Source: Octopus bimaculoides (taxonomy: Eukaryota). From it: a stretch of DNA of 64,000 nucleotides. The notes below the pieces were generated by a model. That model was not told the origin of the DNA. It saw only the letters and a list, made by a program, of their open reading frames with translations, and ran no database searches. Positions 38,992 through 51,879 of the stretch are shown here, in pieces. The stretch is from NCBI RefSeq assembly GCF_001194135.2, contig NC_068989.1, positions 13,396,770 to 13,460,769 on the forward strand, given 5' to 3'. The first letter of the stretch is position 1. Each line of letters opens with the position of its first letter. The position numbers and the translations under genes are program-made.

Positions 38992-39184
38992 CTTTAAAAG
39001 ATTCGAACGAAACAGTGTACGAAGTGCACAAAGATACAATAAACAAAGGCACTAAGCAAAAATAGAAATATACTCGTAAAATGTGTGAAATAAAGCTTTC
39101 AGTCATAACAAAACGCCATTTTTGGTGGAAGATAAGGAGGAAAAGTATACGAGGAAATAAATATGGAACGAGTAAATCTTCCAC
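38992..39184 (-). CDS. candidate 193-nt exon, frame ambiguous
   Basis: Very strong acceptor TTTATTTTTTGTTGTTTTGTTCACTCCAATTTCTAG|. Phase 0 is open for 64 codons; phase 1 hits TGA at 39101-39099. Weak donor AAG|GTTTAA. Confidence 0.25.
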
Positions 39185-39429
39185 CTAGAAATTGGAGTGA
39201 ACAAAACAACAAAAAATAAATAAAAAAGGCTAGCCAATAAATATTAAATATCTAAATCATAAAGGCAAGGTAATCGGTGCCTCTTTAATAAGATTACTAT
39301 GTTACGCTATTGGAGTTCGAATCCACTGTAAGTGTTTCGAGCCTTTATTTTATTGTTTTTCTTTCATTTTTTTTTTGTTTTTGTTTTGAGAGAACTCTTA
39401 GTGTTATATGTCACATTTCAACTTCTAAC

Positions 39430-39643
39430 CTGCGAAAATATGTTCTACCCAGGCAAAGATTTGTCTTTCTCTCTTAGGTTTAACACTCAGTAATTGGACA
39501 AAAATATCAAGCACTGAGAGTATTGCATGTTTATCTTTGCTACCGTAAAATATAAGAGCTGGTTGCATAATCTGTTTGCTACCAAGGGGTTTCAAAATCT
39601 CTCTGCTACTAAAGGCTGCGTTTAACCAACCCACTATTGAAAG
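39430..39643 (-). CDS. candidate 214-nt exon (phase 0-1)
   Basis: CTCTCGACTCCCTTAG|..GCAG|GTTAGA, 71 open codons: LSIVGWLNAAFSSREILKPLGSKQIMQPALIFYGSKDKHAILSVLDIFVQLLSVKPKRERQIFAWVEHIFA. Confidence 0.45.
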
Positions 39644-39760
39644 CTAAGGGAGTCGAGAGATGCTATTGCTGTGGTACCCGTCGTCATTGTCATCCTCCTC
39701 TTCGTTGTTGTCTTTTTTAGCCCCATATCATAACTTCCCGGGCAGAAACATGATCAAAAA

Positions 39761-39991
39761 GGCGGTGAGCTGGCAGAAACGTTAGCACGCCGGGCAAAAT
39801 GCTTAGCGGTATTTCGTCTGCCGCTACCTTCTGAGTTCAAATTCCGCCGAGGTCGACTTTGCCTTTCATCCTTTCGGGGTCGATTAAATAAGTACCAGTT
39901 GCGCACTGGGGTCGATATAACCGACTTAATCCGTTTGTTTGTCCTTGCTTGTCCCCTCTGTGTTTAGCCCCTCGTGGGCAGTAATGGAATA
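39761..39991 (+). mobile_element. SINE type B, full length, TSD
   Basis: AGAA(A/C)CATGATCAAAAA at 39744-39760 and 39992-40008. Confidence 0.95.
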
Positions 39992-40134
39992 AGAACCATG
40001 ATCAAAAATGGTCCAGTCACAAACATTCCTCCCTACCCTGAAAACATTATTTATCTAATACTATATTATATACAGAAGTTATATATACCGTCGTTTATAA
40101 ACCAGCAACATCACAAATGGTAAAGGACTACTCT

Positions 40135-40448
40135 TTATAAGCCTAGTACTTACTCTATCGGTCACTTTTGGCGAACCGCTATGTTACGGGGACGTAAACA
40201 CACCAGCATCGGTTGTCAAGGGGACAAACACAGACACACAAACACACACACACATATATATATATGTATATATACATATACATATATACGACGGGTTTCT
40301 TTCAGTTTCCGTCTACCAAATCCACTCACAAGGCTTTGGCCCGAGGTTATAGTACAAGACAATTGCCCGTGGTGCTACGCAGTAGGACTGAACTCGGAAC
40401 CGTGTGGTTGGTAAGCAAGCTACTTACCACACAGCCACTCCTGCGCCT
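40135..40448 (-). mobile_element. SINE type A, 3'-truncated
   Basis: Type A head, body and internal microsatellite. Confidence 0.9.
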
Positions 40449-41011
40449 ATGTATGTTAATTTCTATTATTAAAATTTGGAAAGGTGGTGCAAAAGAAACC
40501 TCTAACTATGTGTTCAAAAAATACTAAAGAATTGATTCTCAAATGAATGATAAAATCTAAAGACCTGCTTGGAAATGAAAGAGAATGAGGTAAGAAATTA
40601 TTGTTTGAGAGAGGTGAGTCAAATTGAACGATATGTAAAGAGGATGGCAGAAAAGAAATGGAAGAAGAAAAACAGCGAATCATTTAAAGAGGAAGGGGAA
40701 TAAGGGTTTAAATGAGCTGGTAAAAATAGGACCGATGTGAATATGCAATATGAAGAATTATGAGAACTGTGAAAGAGTAATGAAATGAAAGAAGGAATTG
40801 GAGAAGAGAAAATTTGGTATGGATGACGCCATAGCTGAAGCATGCTAGCAAAACAAGCTCACAAATTACCAGAGAAATTGTCAGTGTCTCTGGAAAAAAG
40901 AGAGCTATATAAATTCTGATTGCTAACGAGTATTTAGACCATATTTCAATATGTCCGAAGATGACATCATCTGGTTTCCATTTATGCCCGGATGTAAGGC
41001 GATACTGTTAC

Positions 41012-41024
41012 CATTTTACTTCTA
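41012..41024 (-). CDS. candidate 13-nt microexon (phase 2-0)
   Basis: TTGTTGTGTGCAACAG|TAGAAGTAAAATG|GTAACA. It bridges the phases of the flanking candidates and gives C-R-S-K-M. Confidence 0.25.
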
Positions 41025-41331
41025 CTGTTGCACACAACAACAGCTTACATATATCAATGGCGCTTTTACATATCAATTGTTGTTTCGTGAATAACAATTA
41101 CTTCACTTGGTTGTAAGTAGACTACTTAATAGAGACACTACTTATAGAATAATGAGTTTGTCATCTTCAATGCAGTTTATAACGTGGTTTCGTATGGATT
41201 AATTCAAGTGCACTTTCAGAAGTCATCAATTAGATTTCAGTCAGTCCACTGTTCAGGGAAAGTAAGCACTTCAAGTTAAATTGATTGCTTTGATTCGTGT
41301 TGTGTTTCCTGTTTTGTGACCAATCACTTAC

Positions 41332-41410
41332 CACTCGTTTTCTCCACTTTTGCTCAAAGAAACCAACAGACAAAAGTTAGAGGGGTCTTCGCAGGAGTCA
41401 ATAGTGGCTC
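41332..41410 (-). CDS. candidate 79-nt exon (phase 1-2)
   Basis: ATAATTTGTCTTAG|..GAGTG|GTAAGT, reading GATIDSCEDPSNFCLLVSLSKSGENE. Confidence 0.45.
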
Positions 41411-42490
41411 CTAAGACAAATTATCCCTCAAGAAATAAATTCAGTTATTTCCTTTCGTTTATATTTCATTTAAATAAAACAAGTACTGCCACATCTATGT
41501 AAATCAGAAATTAGCTTCAAAACGCTGATCCAACGTTCATTTCAACCTTCCATTTCTATGACATACATAATATTCTTTTCGCTAACTGTGTTAAGAGCCA
41601 AATGCAAGACTTATAAAGAATACTGGTACTAAATGTTTAGTAGACACAGTGAGATCGTGTGCACACACCTTCACTACACACGGTGTTGTAGTGGTATATA
41701 GTACACATGATAATGCAGAGAAGTGATATAGATTACTAATTTCTTTATACAATGATATTTATTCCGTATGTATGTGAAAATGTAGTCTAGTATGAATTTG
41801 AATGATATCACATGAAAAAATATCCAGCAGCTAAACTTTACTAATTAGATTTAAACAGAAATTTTGAAACTAACGATAAAAATAGATTTAGAACAAATGG
41901 CATACAGTACTATATATATATATATNNNNNNNNNNNNNNNNNNNNNNNNNNNNNNNNNNNNNNNNNNNNNNNNNNNNNNNNNNNNNNNNNNNNNNNNNNN
42001 NNNNNNNNNNNNNNNNNNNNNNNNNNNNNNNNNNNNNNNNNNNNNNNNNNNNNNNNNNNNNNNNNNNNNNNNNNNNNNNNNNNNNNNNNNNNNNNNNNNN
42101 NNNNNNNNNNNNNNNNNNNNNNNNNNNNNNNNNNNNNNNNNNNNNNNNNNNNNNNNNNNNNNNNNNNNNNNNNNNNNNNNNNNNNNNNNNNNNNNNNNNN
42201 NNNNNNNNNNNNNNNNNNNNNNNNNNNNNNNNNNNNNNNNNNNNNNNNNNNNNNNNNNNNNNNNNNNNNNNNNNNNNNNNNNNNNNNNNNNNNNNNNNNN
42301 NNNNNNNNNNNNNNNNNNNNNNNNNNNNNNNNNNNNNNNNNNNNNNNNNNNNNNNNNNNNNNNNNNNNNNNNNNNNNNNNNNNNNNNNNNNNNNNNNNNN
42401 NNNNNNNNNNNNNNNNNNNNNNNNNNNNNNNNNNNNNNATATATGTATATATGTGTGTGTGTGTGTATATATATATGTGTGTGTGTATGT

Positions 42491-42530
<40 letters not shown>

Positions 42531-42684
42531 TTGTAATCTGTGTATGGGTATGCCCGGACAATGCATACGTAAGTATAAATTCAAGTATGAAATAGAGACA
42601 GCGTTAGTGCAATAAACATTATTAACCACGTATACGTCGCTTCTACAATACTGAGGTTGTGGACAGTTGCTGCATTGGTAGTTG

Positions 42685-43045
42685 GCTTCAAATTTTGGCA
42701 AACGGGCAGCAATTTCGTAGTAGTGGGTAAGTCGATCACATCAACACCAGTAATTTTGGCGGTACTTCGAAGCCGAAGGATGAAAAAAAATCGAACGCAG
42801 AAACATTTGAACTTAATGTCCGAAGAAATGTTGATAATTCTTTTCTACTCTAGGCACAAGGCCCGAAATTTTGGAGGGGGGGGGGCAGTCGATTAGGTCG
42901 ATCCCAGTACGCAACTGGTACATAAAGGCAACGTCGAAAGGATGAAAGGCAACGTCGACCTCGGAGGAAATTGAACTCAAAACATAAAGACAGACAAAAT
43001 ACCGCTAAGCATTTCGCACGGCATGCTAACGTTTCTCCTAGCTCC
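42685..43045 (-). mobile_element. two tandem SINE type B copies (partial 42685-42830, fuller 42840-43045)
   Basis: TTCAAATTTTGGCA..GTCGATCACATCAACACCAG and GGCACAAGGCCCGAAATTTTGG..GAAAGGATGAAAGGC..TGAACTC. Confidence 0.8.
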
Positions 43046-43101
43046 CAGACTTTGAAATCTTTATATACATAGTTGAATAAATAACAACGGATGATGTGTC
43101 A

Positions 43102-43187
43102 ATTCACTACAGTTGTTTCCAACGAATTTTTCATTGGTTAATGGAGACATAACATCATAAGAATAAAACCGTTTTCTTCAGATGAAT
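43102..43187 (-). ncRNA. type I hammerhead ribozyme motif (minus arm)
   Basis: ATTCAT-CTGAAGA-[AAACGG..TCGTTG]-GAAAC-AACT-GTA-GTGAAT. Confidence 0.65.
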
Positions 43188-43306
43188 ACATGAAGCACAA
43201 CCTTCAAGAACACTCAAAATCCAACGAGACCTCAGCAAGAGTCACAGAATCATAAAGATGTGCACACCGTTGGATTCTGAGTGTTTTTGAAGGTTGTGGC
43301 TTATGT

Positions 43307-43394
43307 ATTCACCTGATGAAAACGGCTTTTTATTCTTATGATATAATGTCCCCCATTAATCAACTAAAAATCGTTGGAAACAGCTGTAGTGAAT
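43307..43394 (+). ncRNA. type I hammerhead ribozyme motif (plus arm)
   Basis: Stem I ATTCAC/GTGAAT, core CTGATGA 43313-19, GAAA 43377-80, minimal stem III ACAGCTGT (palindromic), GTA triplet with predicted cleavage after 43388. Confidence 0.75.
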
Positions 43395-43693
43395 TGACAC
43401 ATCATCCATCTGTGGTTTTTCATTCATTTATTATACACCGCTCTCGAAACTTTGCCCTTGCGTAGATACGAAGTATATTGTGGACCGTAAATTTTGTACA
43501 ATGTGCATTTCATGATTAGCTTTAGGGCTATTAATACACTCAATCAGGTACAGCTAATCGTATACATAACCTGAAAATGTGCTTCTATTTCGGTACCGGC
43601 ATATATATTCATGTAGTTTTGTTGTGTACACATCTTAGTTTTTGACACGGTTCCGTACCTTACCATTTAAGTATCTGAATTACTTGGACCCTC

Positions 43694-43938
43694 GTGGGTG
43701 TGTGGTAAGAAGCTTGCTTCCCAACCACATGGTTCCGGCTTTAGTCCCACTGCTGGCATCTGCTGGAAACTTGGGCAAGTGTCTACTACTACAACCTCGG
43801 GATGACCAAACCTTGTGAGTGAATTCGGTAGACGAAAACTGAAAAAAGACCGTCGTATATATATATACGTTAAACTAAAACATCTGCCTTGTCTATACCA
43901 TCTGTCTTCGTCTTTTGTTTTTTTTATTGTGAATTCTC

Positions 43939-44032
<94 letters not shown>

Positions 44033-44037
44033 ATATA

Positions 44038-44070
<33 letters not shown>

Positions 44071-44285
44071 ATACGTGCGTGTCTGTATTTGTTACCCGTC
44101 CATCGCTTGACAACCGACATTGGTGTGTTTACATCCCTGTAAACTTAGTGGTTCAGCACAAGACACTGATAGAATAATAAGTACTAGGCTTACAAAGAAT
44201 AACTTCTGGGGTCGATTTGTTCGACTAAAGACGGTGTTCCAGCATGGCCGCAGTCAGATGACTTAAACCAGTCAAAGAGTAAAGG
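43694..44285 (+). mobile_element. SINE type A with nested PLE tail and expanded microsatellite
   Basis: Type A 5' half, then the 43866-43941 insert matching the 24655-24730 tail, then a long (TA)(TG) tract and the type A 3' half. Confidence 0.9.
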
Positions 44286-44475
44286 AATCATAGAATATAT
44301 ACACACTCCAGTGTACTTCAATCTATATATCATATCAAATTATATTACACGATAAATAGAAATATAAACGGATTTAAGCCAACGATGAAAATTGTAACGG
44401 ATAAGCTTTTAAGTTGTTATAGTAGGCCAGAGGTGACGTCCAGGATAACAAGTCCCTTCATATTCTTTAAGTACA

Positions 44476-44506
<31 letters not shown>

Positions 44507-44886
44507 GCACGGGGACACAACACAAGCGCACACGCGTATAGATTATATACCCGAAGGGTGTGAGCAACACGCAGTTAAAGTGCATCTGCCTTGAGCATCA
44601 TTAATTGAAATCCAATTGTATGATCCATTCTGAGAGATAACAGAAAATTCATGTCAATTGATAGGGAATGAATAGATTGCTGTCCGAATGACTTAATGGT
44701 TTATTCATACAAAATCATACACGCTACAAACACACACACACACGCACACTGAAATACACGTACACACAAATACACACACATTCATATAAATTTGAAAACT
44801 ATAAAAAATACACCTACACACATGTAAGTATGAATGCTTAATGGACTTAGATCGTATATACGTATACCAACATACATGTATGTGTG

Positions 44887-44932
<46 letters not shown>

Positions 44933-45140
44933 TGTGTTTGTGTATGTATGTATATATATATATATATGTATGTATATGTATATATACATACATCTATATA
45001 GTTACAAATATTTACATATATATACTTATATATATATATATATATACATATACATATGTGTATGTATATATGTTTANNNNNNNNNNNNNNNNNNNNNNNN
45101 NNNNNNNNNNNNNNNNNNNNNNNNNNNNNNNNNNNNNNNN

Positions 45141-45173
<33 letters not shown>

Positions 45174-45972
45174 GGGTACTCACGTTTGTATATATGCATA
45201 TATATACATGTGTGTGTGTATTTGTTGCTGATGAAGCTATTTGGTGCGCCTATTAATCTCCTACTCCTTCCGACGACCAATTGTCGAGTGAATTGCCATC
45301 GCTAATATAAATCATGCCACCCAGCTCCCGGCTATATTGCGACTGTATTGTGGTGCCGAATGTTGATTGTGCATGTATGAATGCGTGTAGAGGTTCAGCG
45401 TGAATCGTTTCCTCTTGTTTCTCAATTTTGCCCGCCATTATATTGCTAGGTTTCTAGCGTCGAATTGTATCTTCATTTCTATCTATATCTATATTCGTCA
45501 TCCTTTTTCCCACTCTCACTCTCTATCTATCTAACCCGCTCTTTTTATATATACATATATATATCCTCTTTGTCCATCTCTTTATATATATCTCTCTCTC
45601 TCTCTCTCACTTTCTCTCTAATTGGCCTTCTATCTTTGTATAATTACGCACTTATATATACTCATTTATATCAATCGATATATAAATATATATATACACC
45701 ACATAGACACACTCACTCAAATATACATATCTATATCTATCATTCTATCTAACTATCTATCTATCTATATGGAATATATATNNNNNNNNNNNNNNNNNNN
45801 NNNNNNNNNNNNNNNNNNNNNNNNNNNNNNNNNNNNNNNNNNNNNNNNNNNNNNNNNNNNNNNNNNNNNNNNNNNNNNNNNNNNNNNNNNNNNNNNNNNN
45901 NNNNNNNNNNNNNNNNNNNNNNNNNNNNNNNNNNNNNNNNNNNNNNNNNNNNNNNNNNNNNNTTTTTATAGT

Positions 45973-46023
<51 letters not shown>

Positions 46024-46124
46024 AAACAATTATAAATAAAGGTAGAAGAAAAAATTCCTATGCCAATATGCTGAGAAACAGACTTCAAATGATCAATCAC
46101 CACATACAATATATACATACGTGC

Positions 46125-46163
<39 letters not shown>

Positions 46164-46756
46164 GTATACGAACAAATAAGTACATAGGTGCGAATTAAGG
46201 TAGAAAAATTAGTATGCGAATACCAAAGGTAGAGCATTATATTTTTTTTTTCCTACAAGCGAAAATAATCTTCACAAACGGTGATTGTGAGTTTCACTCG
46301 CTGTTTATGTAACAGTTGTGATCACATTGATAAATTGAATGAAGTGTGTATCTATAATATAGCATAATACAATATAATATGATATAAAATAATACGATGT
46401 ACTATAATGTAGACCTTACGGTTCAACGATTCTATATTACCACAACTGTCTGATGAACGGTCACGTGAAACACTGCTTAGCTGTGACGATGTGTTTTCAT
46501 CTATAGTATATATTTGTGTGTTTATGTGTCTCTGTGTGCGTGTGTATGTGTACAAGATTGCATGTATGCATATACAAGGTTAGAACAAAAAAATCTATTA
46601 AAATTCAGTGTATCCAGATATATATTTTGACTTGTTATATTTTGCGTATTATGGTCATAGCAAAATTATATATGCAGATAAGATGAATGAAAAATAAAAA
46701 AATATTATCATAACCATTATTATTACTATTACTAAAGATATTTTTATAGATATTTT

Positions 46757-46783
46757 TTCTTCTTCTTCTTCTTCTTCTTCTTC

Positions 46784-46838
<55 letters not shown>

Positions 46839-46947
46839 CATTATTATTATTATTTTTATCATCGTCATTATCATCATCATCAACATCATTATTATTATTA
46901 TTATCATCGTCATCATCACTATTATTATTATTATTATTATTATTATT
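46757..46947. repeat. (TCT)n/(ATT)n/(ATC)n trinucleotide array running into a gap
   Basis: Direct. Confidence 0.96.
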
Positions 46948-47830
46948 NNNNNNNNNNNNNNNNNNNNNNNNNNNNNNNNNNNNNNNNNNNNNNNNNNNNN
47001 NNNNNNNNNNNNNNNNNNNNNNNNNNNNNNNNNNNNNNNNNNNNNNNNNNNNNNNNNNNNNNNNNNNNNNNNNNNNNNNNNNNNNNNNNNNNNNNNNNNN
47101 NNNNNNNNNNNNNNNNNNNNNNNNNNNNNNNNNNNNNNNNNNNNNNNNNNNNNNNNNNNNNNNNNNNNNNNNNNNNNNNNNNNNNNNNNNNNNNNNNNNN
47201 NNNNNNNNNNNNNNNNNNNNNNNNNNNNNNNNNNNNNNNNNNNNNNNNNNNNNNNNNNNNNNNNNNNNNNNNNNNNNNNNNNNNNNNNNNNNNNNNNNNN
47301 NNNNNNNNNNNNNNNNNNNNNNNNNNNNNNNNNNNNNNNNNNNNNNNNNNNNNNNNNNNNNNNNNNNNNNNNNNNNNNNNNNNNNNNNNNNNNNNNNNNN
47401 NNNNNNNNNNNNNNNNNNNNNNNNNNNNNNNNNNNNNNNNNNNNNNNNNNNNNNNNNNNNNNNNNNNNNNNNNNNNNNNNNNNNNNNNNNNNNNNNNNNN
47501 NNNNNNNNNNNNNNNNNNNNNNNNNNNNNNNNNNNNNNNNNNNNNNNNNNNNNNNNNNNNTATATATAAGTATATATATATAGGCATGTATATCAGTCCA
47601 TGTCTACATGCGGATTTGTGTGTGTATGTGTGTGTATGTATGTGTGCGTGTGTGTGTTCCTCTAAACAGCTATTTGTCTCATGATAAACATGATTAACTC
47701 ATTCGTTGTCACCACTTTTAAAACATACCCGCTGTCTACTTATGCACTGTCATTATCTATGTTCATTTTTCTCTTTTTCCTTTTCTTTCTTTCTCTTTCT
47801 CTCTCTTTCTCTCTCTCCTTTTGTCACTAA

Positions 47831-47875
<45 letters not shown>

Positions 47876-48073
47876 AGTGTGAGAGTGCATGTGTGTGTTT
47901 ATGTGTAAAGAAAATCCGTGACATAAATAAGTAGGTAGATAGACAGATAGCAAGATAGATAGACAGATATACAGACACACGGATAGATACACAGATACAC
48001 AGAGAGACAATCCTAAAAAAACAGACAGACAGACAGACAGACAGGCAGATAGACAGACAGACAGACAGATAGG

Positions 48074-48139
<66 letters not shown>

Positions 48140-48377
48140 GACAGACAGATATACAGACAGATCGATAGATACACAGATACACAAAGAGACAGCCATTAAA
48201 AGACAGACAGAGAGGCAGATACATTTCTTTTATTAGCCACACAGGGCTCAACGAAGATGGGACAAATACAATGTAGAGCTTTTCTTTTTGGGATGGGGAA
48301 GGAAGGAAAAAAAAAAAAAAAATTGGTGGTGTCGATCAAAAGGGATCGTAGGAAGGGAAAAAGGGGCAGTTCGAGGC

Positions 48378-48436
<59 letters not shown>

Positions 48437-48437
48437 C

Positions 48438-48493
<56 letters not shown>

Positions 48494-48509
48494 TGATAGA
48501 TAGATAGAC

Positions 48510-48544
<35 letters not shown>

Positions 48545-49589
48545 AAAATCTACATACACTTGCACATTTTGTGTCCATGCCTATGTGTCTATATGTTGTG
48601 GGGCGTGTTTGCCTCTTTATTCGTTTGCGTTTTTGGAATGTGAGTTATACGTGTGACAAGGTTAATTAATCTTTGCAAAGCGGACCTTTTAAAGGCTGTA
48701 ATGAATCAAGGGATATTCTCCATTTGCAGGAAGCTGGACCGGAGCGCTGGGGAAAATGTATGGAATAGCCTCAAGGTTAACTGTATATACCTTCCCCCAT
48801 GCCATTCATAGGACAAGGAAGCTTGGCCTTAGCAATGAAAGTAAAAGCAGCATAAATGTAGACAATAATATAAATCAAGGCAAAAATCCAATAAAAATAA
48901 AATAGCTATCGAGGTCGCAAACACACAAACACACATCGAAGCATAATGCCGTGTGTGTATATGTGTGTTTGTACATGTGCATATGTGTCTTTGCACTTGT
49001 GCAAGCGTGTGTGTATGTGTGAGTATAGAACACGAACGCATAGAGATACGTGAAATGCTTTTAAGAAATATGGATCTGATAACTTATTCTGAAAATTAAG
49101 GAAGAATGATGCCATGATGTCAGAAGCACTATACTGCCATTGCGATTCTTGTTCGCTGTTTCACTATTTATTACAAGCAGCGTAATTCCGGAGAATTCAT
49201 ATTACTGCATGATGCAAAATGGACAGTTGTTGGCCAGCTGCTGGACGCAAGCTTTCCACAGTGATTGCCTGTCCAGTAGATGAGTGGTATTCCACGAAAT
49301 GACCACATGGCAGTAAAATAGATGACCAATTCATGATAAAATAAAGCAGAGATGAGCGTGTTTAGAAGAAATGGTTAGTCAAGCATCTATAGTTGATGGT
49401 TTTAAATGTCTGTTTGCCAAGGAATTGCTGTGTTCGCGTGCATGTATGTATGTAGCTGTGTGCGTGTTATATCTGTGTAAATACATTTGTATCAATATGC
49501 CTGTGTATATATATATATATGTATATATGTGTGTGTGTGTGTGTGTGAGTGTGTGTGTTATATATACATGTGTGTATATATATGTGTGC

Positions 49590-49686
<97 letters not shown>

Positions 49687-50091
49687 CATACATGCATATG
49701 CAGACATACACATACGTTTGAACATATATCTTATGCTAGTGCCAGTAATCGTGTGTCTATGTAATTATGTTCCTGTCCATGAGCATATATCTTTTCTGAA
49801 TATGTGCATTCATATCAACTAGCGAACAGAAGCGAGTATGTGTGTGTGTGTCTCTGTGTGTGAGCATGTGTGTGTGTGTGTGTGTATGTGCGCACATGTG
49901 TTTGTAATGGCATCCATACATATATATATATATATATATAAACACAGACATACATATATTTGTGTATTCTGATGCATATACACACATATATATAAACCTA
50001 CATATATGGTCACATATGTAACCATATAATATAGTTATGTGTTTATGTGCTAGCATACAGGTATATAATTCATATATTGCATGTGTTACAT

Positions 50092-50153
<62 letters not shown>

Positions 50154-51334
50154 CACAGAGAGACAATACCTATGTATGCTTATGTATAAATACCCGTAAG
50201 AATTTTGTCAATTGGTTCGAATCTTCGACGTTAGCAGCTTGTGAATGAGTTTGAAGAACAAGAGAAAGAGAGAGATGTTCGTATGACAAAATGTGTTTTT
50301 CTCATTTAATAGTTGTATTTTATCCTACACTGCCAGCCTTGGAATTTCACATTAATTATTCCTAAGATCCCCTCTTTGCATATTCTGTATTATCTTAATC
50401 TACGGATATCGCAACTGTTCAATCGTCATATGGAGAGAACCATGACGGTTCTGAAACATTAATTATTAGCAAAATTGAATGCGTTTGCCAATCTGTTTTC
50501 ATTACTGGCCTGGGATTTGTTGAGTTCAGAATTATTTTAGAAGTTATTTACAATTTATCTTGACACCACAGTACAACACAAACGCACGGATATGCACATA
50601 TACATGCATGCACGCATATTTACATACGAAAGATTAGCTCCTTTTGAATGAGAATTTCATTTGTTACACACATAATACCAAAAGACTGTTTGAAACGGTT
50701 GACGGCTAAACAGTTGTATCATAGCAATATACGTTCTGATTTTGAATATCACCGAGGTCAGATATGACCTTTTATTTTACTACTAGAGGGCCCCGTGCCA
50801 TCACAACATGACGGCTAATTGTAGTATTATATATATATAAGGTACAAAATAAGGTGCATAATAATCACAAAATACAAACGTTCAAATACTTCCCTTGTAC
50901 CTGCACACACACACACACACACACATACACACACACACATACATACACACACACTCACATACACAAACACACATACACACACACCTCCATTTTAACATAC
51001 GCACATACGTGTACTCACACAGAGTTGAAACGCTGTTTGATTTTTATTTTTCACCGCAGTATTTCCATCATCCTACTATCACTTTTCCATTACCCCTTCC
51101 TTCCTTTTTCATCTGTCACCTCTTCTCCTTTCTCATTCATAAGCTGTGACAGAGAAACACACAAGAGTATTATTATAGTAGATGGTCTATAACATAAGAA
51201 TGTATGAAGCACTGGAGGAGATATAAGCGACGATACATATCCTCCCAAGCTGTGGTGCTCTGATGATTTGAGAACATATTGCGAATACAATGTTGTACGT
51301 GTACACACGATGGCCAGAGAGAACGTCCCAACTT

Positions 51335-51473
51335 TATGCTTTGTTAGAAAGTATAACTTGCGGCATACGATCTGGTTCTTTATGTTGTGAGTTCAAATTC
51401 CGCCAAAGTTCAATTTGCCTTTTATTCTTTTGGGGTGGATAAAATAATCACCAGTTGAACACTGTGATCGATA

Positions 51474-51516
<43 letters not shown>

Positions 51517-51690
51517 ACTTAGCTGCATTTCGTCCGACATTACGTTCTCAGGTTTAAAACCCGCCTAGATCCACTTTGCCTTTCATCTATTTGGGCCCGG
51601 TGAAATAAGTACCAGTTGTACACTAGGTTGATATAATAAACCAGCCTCTTCCCACTAAATTTCAGGTCTTCTGCCTATAATAAAAAGAAT
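51335..51690 (+). mobile_element. two diverged tandem SINE type B copies separated by (ATT)n
   Basis: GAGTTCAAATTCCGCC..TTTGCCTTTTATTC and ACTTTGCCTTTCATC..AATAAGTACCAGTTG. Confidence 0.75.
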
Positions 51691-51695
51691 TATTA

Positions 51696-51762
<67 letters not shown>

Positions 51763-51879
51763 CATTATTATTGTTGTCTACATTCTATCTGAACTAACAA
51801 TTTTCAACCAACTTCTATAAGATGTAATGTCTCCATTAGCTAATTCCACCGGTGGCATTTATTTATTGAGGTTGGGGTG

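Larger units (their letters stand above)
43089..43407. repeat. long imperfect palindrome (arms 43089-43226 and 43268-43407, 41-nt spacer), probably paired Penelope-type terminal repeats
   Basis: GGATGATGTGTCAATTCACTACAG..AATCCAACG versus CGTTGGATT..CTGTAGTGAATTGACACATCATCC. Confidence 0.95.

Noticed and set aside
48735-48830. Small exon candidates on both strands
   Set aside because: Under 50 nt, mediocre splice sites, and not needed for or compatible with the chain.
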